From NCBI GenBank assembly GCA_934096275.1, contig CAKOLK010000001.1, positions 79,876 through 143,875 of the forward strand: DNA of 64,000 nucleotides. The letters are read 5' to 3'. The translations under genes were made by a program, and so were the position numbers. This document shows positions 37,861 to 47,460 of this stretch, in pieces. Within the stretch, counting starts at the first letter, position 1. Each line of letters opens with the position of its first letter. Origin of the DNA: an uncultured Bacilli bacterium (lineage in GTDB: Bacteria > Bacillota_I > Bacilli_A > RF39 > UBA660). The notes under the pieces were generated by a model. The model had not been told where the DNA came from. It did not search any database and was given only the letters and a program-made list of their open reading frames with translations.

Positions 37861-39234
37861 CTATTTTTCTTTATAATAGTTTGCTATTTCGAATAGTTTA
37901 ACTCCATTTGATGCTTTAATAAGTACTGTATCATTCTTTTTAATTAGAGAGTTTATTTCTTTTAATAATTCATCTTTATCATTATAGTGATATGAATTAT
38001 TTTTATCGAATCCATGTCTAGTAGCAGATTCATTTATTATATTTGATATATGACCCACGGTTATTAAGATATCTATGTTTTTATCTTTTAGATATTTTCC
38101 TACTTCTTTATGAACATGTTCTTCTTCTTTTCCTAGTTCATACATGTCTCCAAGAATGGCTACTTTTCTTGTTTCGTATGAAGATAAAACATCAATCATT
38201 GCTATCATTGAGTCATAGTTAGCATTATAAGAATCATTTATAAATGTAATATCATCTTTTTTAAATATATCCATTCTATTTTTAGATGATTCATAGTTTG
38301 CTAAACCTTTTTTAATATCAAGATAATCTATATCTAGTATGAAACCAGTCATAATAGCAGCCATGGCATTTAATATGTTATGTTTAGCAGGTGTTGGAAT
38401 AGTGAATTCGTATTCTTTATTTTGATATACAATAGTAAAGTTTGCTACATCACTTATTGAGTATTTTTTACAATACATATCATTTGAGTTATCGAATCCA
38501 TAAGTAAGTAGTTTATATTTTAAATTCTTAGTTTTTAGAGTTTTTAAGTATTCATCATCACCATTTACTATTAGGGTATTTTTATTATTAAATGTATTTG
38601 CCACTTCCATTTTAGCTTCGAATATTCCTTGTTTACCATTTTCAAAGAATTCTATATGAGCCATACCTATTTTAGTTATTATGGCAATTCTAGGGTTTGC
38701 TATATTTTTTAGGTAGTCTATTTCTCCTTTATGTTGCATTCCCATTTCAACGATTATTTTTTCATATGTTTCATCTAAGTTAAGGAGTGTTTTTGGTACT
38801 CCGATTTCATTGTTTAAGTTTTCTAGATTTTTTAGGGTTTTATATTTTGTATTAACGACACTATAAGTCATATCTTTAGTGGTAGTTTTACCAGTGCTAC
38901 CGGTAACTGCGATACAGTCTACATCAAATAAATTACGATAATATTTAGAAATGTCTCCAAATGCAATAGTTGTATCTTTTACTTGGATTAGATTGATATC
39001 TTCTTTATCAAAAGTATGGTTTTCATCTATTAGAAATGTTCTGCAACCGGATTGGTAACAGCTTTCCATGAATTTATGAGCATCATGTATCTCTCCGATT
39101 ATTGGTATAAATAGACTATTATTGTTTACTTCTCTTGAGTCTATTACTACGTTATCTATTAAAATGTTTTCATCACCACATAAAAGGTGTCCATTTGTTG
39201 CAATCACTAATTCTTTAACACTTAATTTTTTCAT
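37861..39234 (-). CDS. murF: UDP-MurNAc-tripeptide--D-alanyl-D-alanine ligase
   Basis: VTGSTGKTTTKDM P-loop. Mur ligase architecture. Confidence 0.92.
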   Translation of the reverse strand: MKKLSVKELVIATNGHLLCGDENILIDNVVIDSREVNNNSLFIPIIGEIHDAHKFMESCYQSGCRTFLIDENHTFDKEDINLIQVKDTTIAFGDISKYYRNLFDVDCIAVTGSTGKTTTKDMTYSVVNTKYKTLKNLENLNNEIGVPKTLLNLDETYEKIIVEMGMQHKGEIDYLKNIANPRIAIITKIGMAHIEFFENGKQGIFEAKMEVANTFNNKNTLIVNGDDEYLKTLKTKNLKYKLLTYGFDNSNDMYCKKYSISDVANFTIVYQNKEYEFTIPTPAKHNILNAMAAIMTGFILDIDYLDIKKGLANYESSKNRMDIFKKDDITFINDSYNANYDSMIAMIDVLSSYETRKVAILGDMYELGKEEEHVHKEVGKYLKDKNIDILITVGHISNIINESATRHGFDKNNSYHYNDKDELLKEINSLIKKNDTVLIKASNGVKLFEIANYYKEK

Positions 39235-39271
39235 TTAACATTCCTTCTTTATTATTAATATATTATTTAAA

Positions 39272-40726
39272 TTATTTTATCTTTACTCTTTTTAAATAGT
39301 TTTTTACTATATTTATATCTTGTTCATAAGGTTCATATCCTTTTTTAGTTATTTGATAATCTTCGTCTCCTTTTCCTAGAATTACTAAAACATCACCTTT
39401 TTTTCTTTCTTCAAGTGCTTTTTCAATAGCGTTTTTTCTATCTTCGATTATTTCATATGGTTTATTAAATGGTTTTATGTATTTTATTATATCACTACAT
39501 ATATCTATAACATCTTTAGTACCTGGGTCTTCGGATGTTAAGTATATATAATCAGCGTATAATCCTGCGCATGTTCCCATATCTTTTCTTCTGTTTATTC
39601 CTTTGTTGCCAGGACAACCAAATATTGATATTACTCTTTTTCCTTTATATGTATCTTTTACTGATTTATATAATGCTTCTGCGCTAAGCTTATTATGAGC
39701 ATAATCAATTATTATTGGTCCGAGTTGGTCTTCAACTTTTTCCATTCTTCCTTCAACATGCGTTTCGCTTAGTCCTTTTTGAATATTTTCTTGAGATACA
39801 CCAAGTAATTTTGCTATTATTATTGCACAAGTTGCGTTTATTACATTAAATGTACCTTCCATAGTTATATAATAGTTTTCTAAAGCATTATTATAAACTA
39901 CATCAAATGTTATTCTATCATTATGTGAAGTTATATTTTTTATATAGTAATCACAATCACTTGTTACTCCATACGTAATAAGTTCTTTGTCTTTAATTTT
40001 TTCTACTATTTCATTATAATAGTCTGTTTGTTTATAGATTATTACTTTATCACACATAGTTAGAAATTCTATTTTGCAATTTAAATAGTCTTCGAATGAA
40101 TCATGTTCTAAAGGTGAAATGTGGTCCTCACCAATATTTAGGAAACATCCAATCTCATAATGCATTCCAAATACTCTATTTAGTTTTGTTGCTTGACTAG
40201 ACACTTCCATGGTTACATATTTTAAGTTATTTTTAGACATAGCATTTAATAATTTATGTAGATCTAGGCTTTCTGGTGTTGTATTATGATTTTCTCCTTC
40301 ACTATTGCCATCATAGAAATAATGAGTTGCAAGTATACCTGGTTTGTAGCCTAAATGGTATTTTAAGATATTATGAATATAATAATTAGTTGTTGTCTTT
40401 CCTTTAGTACCTGTTATACCTATTTTAAATAGATTGTCTTTATAAAAGTAAAGTGACACTATAGCAAGAGCTTTTCTAACGTCCGTTACTATTATTTTAG
40501 GAATATCTTTATCGTAATCTATTTCACTCATATAACAGATTACTCCGCTTTTTATTGCATCATTTAAATATTCTTCTTTAAAAGTAAAACCCTTACATAC
40601 AAATAAAGTATTTTCTTTTATATCATTTGAATTATATGAGATATTTTCTATATTCAAATCTATATTTGTATATTCTTTTAATAAATTATTATCTTTTAAT
40701 ATGTTAATTATTTCTTTATATTTCAT
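39272..40726 (-). CDS. murE: UDP-MurNAc-L-Ala-D-Glu--diamino acid ligase
   Basis: GITGTKGKTTT P-loop. The third-residue specificity motif reads SEDPG, not the classical DNPR, so mDAP versus Lys is unresolved. Confidence 0.9.
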   Translation of the reverse strand: MKYKEIINILKDNNLLKEYTNIDLNIENISYNSNDIKENTLFVCKGFTFKEEYLNDAIKSGVICYMSEIDYDKDIPKIIVTDVRKALAIVSLYFYKDNLFKIGITGTKGKTTTNYYIHNILKYHLGYKPGILATHYFYDGNSEGENHNTTPESLDLHKLLNAMSKNNLKYVTMEVSSQATKLNRVFGMHYEIGCFLNIGEDHISPLEHDSFEDYLNCKIEFLTMCDKVIIYKQTDYYNEIVEKIKDKELITYGVTSDCDYYIKNITSHNDRITFDVVYNNALENYYITMEGTFNVINATCAIIIAKLLGVSQENIQKGLSETHVEGRMEKVEDQLGPIIIDYAHNKLSAEALYKSVKDTYKGKRVISIFGCPGNKGINRRKDMGTCAGLYADYIYLTSEDPGTKDVIDICSDIIKYIKPFNKPYEIIEDRKNAIEKALEERKKGDVLVILGKGDEDYQITKKGYEPYEQDINIVKNYLKRVKIK

Positions 40727-40730
40727 AATT

Positions 40731-41624
40731 TTACTCCTTTATATTTCTAGGATGACTATTTTCATATACTTGTTTTAATTTTTCATTAGTTACATGGGTA
40801 TATACTTGAGTTGCCCTTAATGACTCATGTCCTAAGAGTTCCTGAACTGTTGTAATATCACACCCTTCATTTAGTAAATTAGTAGCAAATGTATGTCTAA
40901 TGACATGGGGTGATATTTTTTCATTTATTGTACTTTTTTTCATTATATTATCTATTATTAATCTAACACCACGATCAGTAAGAGGTGTACCATTCTTATT
41001 TAATAATAAATAATTAGTATCTTCTTTATCCTTTAATAATTGATACCTTTTAGATAAATACATATTTAAGTATTCTAAAGTATAATCATCAAAATAAACT
41101 ATTCTTTCTTTGTTTCCTTTTCCTAAGACTTTAATACTCATATCATCATAATTGAAATCATTTACTTTTAAGCTTACTAGTTCACTAACACGTACTCCAG
41201 TTGAGTATAAAAGTTCTAATATTAGTCTATCTCTTATACCTAAAGCAGTGTTAAGATCGGGTATGGAAAATAACTCTTCAAGTTGATCTTCATATAGGAA
41301 TTTAGGTAAAAGTTTATCTTTTTTAGGATTAGTTGCATATTTAAAGATATTGCTCTTTACATAGCCATTTCTTGATAAATACTTATAAAAACTTCTTATA
41401 GAACTTAAAATACGACATATTGTGCTTTTATTATAGCCTTTAGAGTCCATATAACTATAGAATAGTCTAATATCTTGGTATTCTAAATCATTAAATGATA
41501 AAGATTCTTTTTCTAAATATTCATTAAACAATAATAAATCTCTTTGATAGTTAGTTATAGTATTTATTGAATAATTTTTTTGTACTTTTAAATAATTAAG
41601 AAACTCTTCGATTAAAACTTGCAT
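40731..41624 (-). CDS. xerC: XerC/XerD-type tyrosine recombinase
   Basis: RHTFAT, LGHESLRATQVYTHV with the catalytic Tyr. 297 aa. Confidence 0.85.
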   Translation of the reverse strand: MQVLIEEFLNYLKVQKNYSINTITNYQRDLLLFNEYLEKESLSFNDLEYQDIRLFYSYMDSKGYNKSTICRILSSIRSFYKYLSRNGYVKSNIFKYATNPKKDKLLPKFLYEDQLEELFSIPDLNTALGIRDRLILELLYSTGVRVSELVSLKVNDFNYDDMSIKVLGKGNKERIVYFDDYTLEYLNMYLSKRYQLLKDKEDTNYLLLNKNGTPLTDRGVRLIIDNIMKKSTINEKISPHVIRHTFATNLLNEGCDITTVQELLGHESLRATQVYTHVTNEKLKQVYENSHPRNIKE

Positions 41625-41692
41625 ATTCCCTCCGTATTAATTATATCATTAATTGAAAAATATTACTATAAATGCGTAAAGTATGATGTAAA

Positions 41693-42616
41693 CTATCTAG
41701 CTAGAAATAAATAGACTGCTGTTTCTTTATCAATTAAACCATTCTTTATTTTATAATCTAAGTCCGCTAGAAAGGAGAGAATATTTTCTAGATCTTTATT
41801 AGTATAGTTATATCCTTTACTTCTTAAAACACTTATTCTTTTAGGATTAGCTATTCCTAATATTTCTTTTATTTCATTATCAGTCTTAGTATAAGTAAGA
41901 TTCTTTATTTGATAAATTAATCTATAGTTATTAGCAAGCATAGATAGTATTTTCATATCTTCTTCATTTTGTTCTTTTAGTTCTTTGTATATATCAAAAG
42001 ATCTATTTTTAGTACCCTTTTCTACTGAATTAATTAGATCAAATATAGTTTTATCAAGATCCTTTTTCACAAGAGATTCAATATCATCTCTAGTTATTTG
42101 TTTTTCCTCAAATCTATATAGTTTTAACTTTTCTATCTCATTTTTTATTCTTAATAAGTCATTACTACAATAAGTTTTTAATAGTTCTATATCATTATTA
42201 GACATCTTATAACCATCCAATAACTCTTTAATATAAGAATTAATATCAAAATTAGTTGCCTCAATTTTAGTAGAAAAAGAATCAAAACAAGTTATTAGTT
42301 TCTTTCTATTAGGTAGTGATTTACCAGTTATAATTAAGATATTATCACTTTGATTATTTAAATATTTAATTAACTCTGATACATATAAGTCATTATTCTC
42401 ATCATCTTTTTTTATTAATGATTCTATATTATAGACAATAACTAATTTTTTATCACTAAAAATACTTAATGTATTTATATCTTCAAGAGCATTCATTATA
42501 TTATCAGTTTCTAAGTCATATGATGATATTGATTCTCTATTAATATTATTTTCTTTAATTATTTTATTTATATGTTCTTTAATTATTTCATTATTACCTA
42601 AGATTAAATATGTCAT
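41693..42616 (-). CDS. holA: DNA polymerase III delta subunit
   Basis: 307 aa. Length and helical C-terminal pattern fit HolA. No strong motif, so the call rests on pattern only. Confidence 0.65.
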   Translation of the reverse strand: MTYLILGNNEIIKEHINKIIKENNINRESISSYDLETDNIMNALEDINTLSIFSDKKLVIVYNIESLIKKDDENNDLYVSELIKYLNNQSDNILIITGKSLPNRKKLITCFDSFSTKIEATNFDINSYIKELLDGYKMSNNDIELLKTYCSNDLLRIKNEIEKLKLYRFEEKQITRDDIESLVKKDLDKTIFDLINSVEKGTKNRSFDIYKELKEQNEEDMKILSMLANNYRLIYQIKNLTYTKTDNEIKEILGIANPKRISVLRSKGYNYTNKDLENILSFLADLDYKIKNGLIDKETAVYLFLAR

Positions 42617-42653
42617 TTAAACCACCTGTAAATATTATATAACTTTTTTAGAT

Positions 42654-42677
42654 AAAAAAAAAGGACTTAGAGTCCTA
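42654..42677 (-). terminator. rho-independent terminator after CDS 42741..44210
   Basis: AGGACTCTAAGTCCT hairpin followed by T8 on the minus strand. Confidence 0.7.
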
Positions 42678-42740
42678 ATTGCTAATCTTATTTTCTACTG
42701 CTCGCCGCAAGATTTTACCTTGCAGGCTCGCTCAAATCAC

Positions 42741-44210
42741 TCAACTGATACTAAGCATATACGGTTTTTGAGAAGTCCCTTCTTCACCTGAAATCTTTAC
42801 GTTAGATGATAGATAAAGGACTGGGTACACGGCATACTCGCCGTCGCTGACGTTGCCGCGATTGTAATGGACATAGCCAGTCGAGGTCACATAGAAAGCG
42901 TAGAGGGAATTGCCAGACCACTGCGGAAGTAACCATGTATTTACACTTTTATCTAACCAATTATTTGTTGTTTTGCAACTTGCTGAACCATCATATTCAT
43001 ATAAGTTGCTTGTACATTCTTTTGATGCTGCATATCCATAATCACTTGCATACATTAGTGCTATCTTTTTAGATGCATCATTTTGCATTATAGGGTTTGT
43101 TCCATAATAGTAACCTGTTCTATTTGCTTCATTCTTTCTCTCATATTGCCATATTACATCTGATCTCATTTTTGAATCACTATATCCTCCAAGATAATAC
43201 TTTGTTGTACCTATCATATTTTGTGCATCAGTACTTAATGTATTATAATAATCATCATTTAAAAATGTATTTAATGTTCCTGTTACCCAATTATTATATG
43301 AACTAGTTGCAGTATCTTGTGTTTCATTCCATATTATATCTCCAATAGATTCATCTTTTATTATTTTAAATCTATTTTCTACGTTACCATCTGTATCTTC
43401 AGTTGGTATTACTCCAATTATTCTCCATACTTCATTATTAAATGTTACATAGTTCTTTACTACTGAATCTCCTCCACGATATCTATATTCTGTTGCAAAC
43501 TTACTGTCAACTTGTAATGTATCATCTATTGTATGAGTTATTTGTTCTAATCCATTTTGTCCTACATTTGCTTGTGCAAACTCTGTCGCAGTTAATCCTT
43601 TAACTGGTGCAGCTTCATTATTAATATTTACTCTAAACTTATAAGAATATTTCTTTTCATTAAGTTTAGTTGTATCTACACTCTCATCAATCCAAGCTCT
43701 AAGTCTATAACTTGTTACTATTTCACCTTTATTATTTGAAAATATTTCTTCTTTAGAACTTAAAACTTTATTATTTAACTTTTCTATTGTTGTAGGTTCT
43801 ACTACTACTGTCTCTACTCCATTTTCTACTTTAGTAAGATATACCTTTATTTCATTATCATTTAAAGGTGTTTCTACTGTTAATGGTTCTAAAACGATGT
43901 TGTAATTTAACTTTCTTTGTGTATCATCATTTGCTCTTGTTTTAATATAAGATAATACTTTAAAATCAAAGTAATTAGTTAATACCTTACCTTCACTATC
44001 TTTAATAGGCAATGCATTATTCATACCTATTTCATTAGACTCACTATAACTCATTTTTACTTGTCCTGATTGTATTGTGTTTGAGCCAGCTAATAAATCG
44101 TTTGCAGATGTCCATATTGCATATGTTCCTAAAGATACTAGTGCTATACTAAATAATGATAAAGATATCATCATTAGTATTTTCTTTTTATTATTTTTCA
44201 TGTTTAACAC
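42741..44210 (-). CDS. secreted modular surface protein: TasA/SipW-type signal peptide, beta-rich N-domain, DUF1566-like lectin-fold C-domain with a G+C-rich hypervariable-looking end
   Basis: Signal LGTYAIWTSAND. The N-domain is paralogous to 54711..55874 and the C-domain to 57289..58317. See findings. Confidence 0.7.
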   Translation of the reverse strand: MLNMKNNKKKILMMISLSLFSIALVSLGTYAIWTSANDLLAGSNTIQSGQVKMSYSESNEIGMNNALPIKDSEGKVLTNYFDFKVLSYIKTRANDDTQRKLNYNIVLEPLTVETPLNDNEIKVYLTKVENGVETVVVEPTTIEKLNNKVLSSKEEIFSNNKGEIVTSYRLRAWIDESVDTTKLNEKKYSYKFRVNINNEAAPVKGLTATEFAQANVGQNGLEQITHTIDDTLQVDSKFATEYRYRGGDSVVKNYVTFNNEVWRIIGVIPTEDTDGNVENRFKIIKDESIGDIIWNETQDTATSSYNNWVTGTLNTFLNDDYYNTLSTDAQNMIGTTKYYLGGYSDSKMRSDVIWQYERKNEANRTGYYYGTNPIMQNDASKKIALMYASDYGYAASKECTSNLYEYDGSASCKTTNNWLDKSVNTWLLPQWSGNSLYAFYVTSTGYVHYNRGNVSDGEYAVYPVLYLSSNVKISGEEGTSQKPYMLSIS

Positions 44211-44310
44211 TCTTCACTATAATAATAGTATAACATTTTTATGCAATTTGCAATTAGATTTTTTTTGTTTTTTTATAAAAACATTTAATCAATAAAAAAA
44301 GGACTAAGTC

Positions 44311-44853
44311 CTAGTGAGCATATAGTCCATGTATTTTTTGTCTTGTTGTGTCATCTATATCATTTAATACCCAGTTATTATCTACTTTAGTTAAAGTAAA
44401 ATCAATTGTATATTTTACTTTGTCTTTAGTATCTTTTAATTTACCTATTCTATAAGCAACATACTTAGCATTATCTAATACTCCATCAGTATAGAATTCT
44501 TTTTGATTTGCATTGTAATATTCTTCAGCATCTGTTGTGGTCTTATAGTAATCATATACTTCAATTTCAGTTGTTACAGTAGCAGTATCTCCATCAATTT
44601 TTTCATCTTTTATTTTATATTTTAGGTCTTGATATTGATGTTTCATAACATTTGTATAAGTAGTTCTTTGTTCATCATTCATTAAAGTATCTGTATCTAC
44701 CATATTTTTTAATTGTGCTAGAACATTATCATCTAATTTTTGATAATTATCTAAAAAGTTTTCTACTTTCTTAGTAGGAGTATTATCCATAGTACATCCA
44801 CATAGTATTATTAAGAATAAAATACATGAAAATGATATTAAAGCTTTCTTCAT
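44311..44853 (-). CDS. lipoprotein, unknown function
   Basis: Lipobox LILCGC. A terminator hairpin overlaps the stop. Confidence 0.6.
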   Translation of the reverse strand: MKKALISFSCILFLIILCGCTMDNTPTKKVENFLDNYQKLDDNVLAQLKNMVDTDTLMNDEQRTTYTNVMKHQYQDLKYKIKDEKIDGDTATVTTEIEVYDYYKTTTDAEEYYNANQKEFYTDGVLDNAKYVAYRIGKLKDTKDKVKYTIDFTLTKVDNNWVLNDIDDTTRQKIHGLYAH

Positions 44854-44901
44854 AATAAAATCCCTCCATTTATATAATGGAAAGATTTTATTTTTTTATA
44901 C

Positions 44902-45705
44902 TTAGATTCTATTATTATTTGATTTTTTTTGAAATAGTATTAAGAATATTCCTATTACTACTAATGTACCTAGTAATACATATACCAATATCATTGTATA
45001 ATTAGTTTCTTTTTTATTATTATCTGGTTCTTTTGGATCATCATCTTTATTATCACTAGGATCTGTATTTGGAGTATCATTTTTACTCTCTTTTACTTTT
45101 AAATTAATTCTTAAATCGTTATCTATATAGTTGTTTCTTGTTACAACCCACATGTATTCATTACCATTTACTATTTCAGCATTATGAGATGTAACTTCAT
45201 AGTAATCACTTACTTTTACTAATACTTTTACTTCTTCAAGAAGTTTATATGAAGTAAATGCATACATATTTTTAAGATTTAATTTTATTTCATTGTTACT
45301 ATTAGTACATTTAAAAGTAGTAGCATTCATATTAGGAACATAAGAGTTTTGATACTCATCTTTATTGAATCTATAAGTAAATGTTGCTCCTTTTTCATTT
45401 GTTTTATTTATATATTTAATTGTATAAGTACCAAGTCCAAAATCATTGTTATCTTTATCATCTGATGTTGATATATCTGCACCAGTTGTATTTATAAAAG
45501 CAGATTGTTCTAATTGTGGTAATGCTTGAAAATAGTCTTTCAATACGGTACCACGATATATTTGATTATTATATTCATCACTATCATCACTATAGATATA
45601 TGTTTCTTCTTTTATTGATGATTCATCTATTTCTATTGTATAGTTTGCTTTGCATCCACATAATAAGAATGGAATTAGTAATAAAATTAAAAACTTTTTA
45701 TTCAT
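44902..45705 (-). CDS. lipoprotein with C-terminal TM anchor
   Basis: Lipobox LLCGCK. D/K/P-rich linker, then a C-terminal hydrophobic helix. Confidence 0.55.
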   Translation of the reverse strand: MNKKFLILLLIPFLLCGCKANYTIEIDESSIKEETYIYSDDSDEYNNQIYRGTVLKDYFQALPQLEQSAFINTTGADISTSDDKDNNDFGLGTYTIKYINKTNEKGATFTYRFNKDEYQNSYVPNMNATTFKCTNSNNEIKLNLKNMYAFTSYKLLEEVKVLVKVSDYYEVTSHNAEIVNGNEYMWVVTRNNYIDNDLRINLKVKESKNDTPNTDPSDNKDDDPKEPDNNKKETNYTMILVYVLLGTLVVIGIFLILFQKKSNNNRI

Positions 45706-47414
45706 TAATCACACGCCCCTTTTAAGTCTACATATTTAGCAGGATCATCCACTGTATTATTTTTTAGTATTTCAAAATGGATATGTGGTCCGGTTGATCC
45801 TCCAGATGAACCTACTTCTCCAATTTTTTGTCCTTGTTCAACATGATCTCCTTCTTCAACAATCACTTTAGACATATGTGCATATTTTGATTTATATTCT
45901 CCATCCCCATGTTGTATTAAAACATATGCACCATATCCTACAGTAGCATTATAGTTTTTAGAAACTTGTATTACTTCTCCTGCAGCACTTGCTATTATAT
46001 CTGTGCCCATTGAACATCCTAAGTCTGCTCCATCATGAGTTATCCATCTTTTATAAATTGGATGGAATCTTGGGCCTTGACATCCTGTTACTGAACAGAA
46101 TGTTGGACTAGGATATATCCAAGTACTATTAAACGATGTACAAGTAGTTTTTACACTATCTTTTCTACTCATAATATCATCATAGTTATAATCATCATAT
46201 TCTGCTGATGTAAATGTTTTGGCTTTATATTCTGGCGCTATTGTATAGTCTCCAGTTACAAATAGTGTAAATTCTGCTTTTCTTCTTCTTTGAAGTCCAA
46301 GAAGTCCACTGTTGGTACATTTTTTCATAACACTCCATAGTCCTTCATAACTATCTTCTTTATATGCAGTTGCCATATCAGAAAACATTCCTGCACATCC
46401 ATTATAAAGCATACTAGTAAGTGCATCTTCTTGATAATTAGTAAGATTTACTCCAGAAAAGAATCTTTTTACTCCTGCTCTTTTTGTTTCTACTGCTTTA
46501 ATTTCAAATGGTCTTACTTCACTTACTGGTATACAATCTCCTACTTTCATATCTTTTATATAGTCAGTTGTAATACCATGTCCTACAGTTACTCTATCTC
46601 CTGAATTTTGATATACTTTATACTCAGTTTTTTCTTTATCACAGTATTTTGCTCCTTCAAAAGTATATATAAAGTTTAAAAGATCTTCTTGAGTTTGTTC
46701 AGATGAACAACTATTACCATTTGAGGCACCACCTGCAAAAATAGCAAATATTATTATAAATAAAATTATAAATATTAAAACTACTCCAAAAGCAATTATA
46801 CCAAGTTTTAAAGAAAGAGGTAATTTCATAAAGAAACTAATTATACTTTTTTGGATTTCTTCTTTAGTTTTAGTTTTAGGATCTTTACTTTTTCCTTTTA
46901 ATAATCTTCTTTTTTTAGTTTCTTTATTATCTATAGAACTTTTTATATTACTTGATTCATTTTTTTCACTCTTAGTTTCTTTATTGTCATCTTTATCCTT
47001 GCTGTCTTTAGTATTATCATCTTTTTCATCTTCATTATTCTTATTTTTTTTATTTTGCGCTTTATTATTTATGCCTCTTGCTAGATTAGTGGCATTATTA
47101 ATATTTTTGGTTGCTTTATTACCCATTTGATTTAAGGCATTTCTTGTTTCATTAGGATCAGTCATTTTATCGTTTAAGTCTTCATTATTTCCCATATTAT
47201 TAGTCATATTATTTAATCCATTTAATGAATTATTAGCAAGATTTACAGCATTAAGACTTTTATTAAAGAAGTTACTATTATTTTTATTTTGTCCTAAATC
47301 AGAATTATTTTCTTTATTTTCTACTTCTTCTTGTTTCTTATTTTTTATCTCTTCATTATTATCTTTATTACTATTTACTTTTTGTTCTTCTTCCATGACT
47401 TCACCTACTTCCAT
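45705..47414 (-). CDS. membrane-anchored bifunctional peptidoglycan hydrolase (lysozyme-like domain + M23 peptidase)
   Basis: N/K-rich disordered N-terminus and one TM. Phage-lysozyme-like segment (YTFEGAKY, VTVGHGIT, NYQEDALTSMLYN). M23 motifs HDGADLG and GPHIHFEI. Confidence 0.75.
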   Translation of the reverse strand: MEVGEVMEEEQKVNSNKDNNEEIKNKKQEEVENKENNSDLGQNKNNSNFFNKSLNAVNLANNSLNGLNNMTNNMGNNEDLNDKMTDPNETRNALNQMGNKATKNINNATNLARGINNKAQNKKNKNNEDEKDDNTKDSKDKDDNKETKSEKNESSNIKSSIDNKETKKRRLLKGKSKDPKTKTKEEIQKSIISFFMKLPLSLKLGIIAFGVVLIFIILFIIIFAIFAGGASNGNSCSSEQTQEDLLNFIYTFEGAKYCDKEKTEYKVYQNSGDRVTVGHGITTDYIKDMKVGDCIPVSEVRPFEIKAVETKRAGVKRFFSGVNLTNYQEDALTSMLYNGCAGMFSDMATAYKEDSYEGLWSVMKKCTNSGLLGLQRRRKAEFTLFVTGDYTIAPEYKAKTFTSAEYDDYNYDDIMSRKDSVKTTCTSFNSTWIYPSPTFCSVTGCQGPRFHPIYKRWITHDGADLGCSMGTDIIASAAGEVIQVSKNYNATVGYGAYVLIQHGDGEYKSKYAHMSKVIVEEGDHVEQGQKIGEVGSSGGSTGPHIHFEILKNNTVDDPAKYVDLKGACD

Positions 47415-47460
47415 TGCTACATTAATTTTATCATAAAAATATATAAAAAAAAAGACTTAT

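Noticed and set aside
40731-41624. Tyrosine recombinase as a marker of a mobile element
   Set aside because: Its size and motifs fit housekeeping XerC/XerD. It is embedded between murE and holA with 4 nt and about 70 nt spacers and has no att-like repeats.
42817-42929. G+C-rich patches (here and at 62983..63137) as embedded RNA genes, riboswitches or rRNA/tRNA fragments
   Set aside because: Both patches are in frame and continuous with the surrounding ORFs. They encode fold-appropriate peptide motifs. I could draw no cloverleaf or conserved RNA core.
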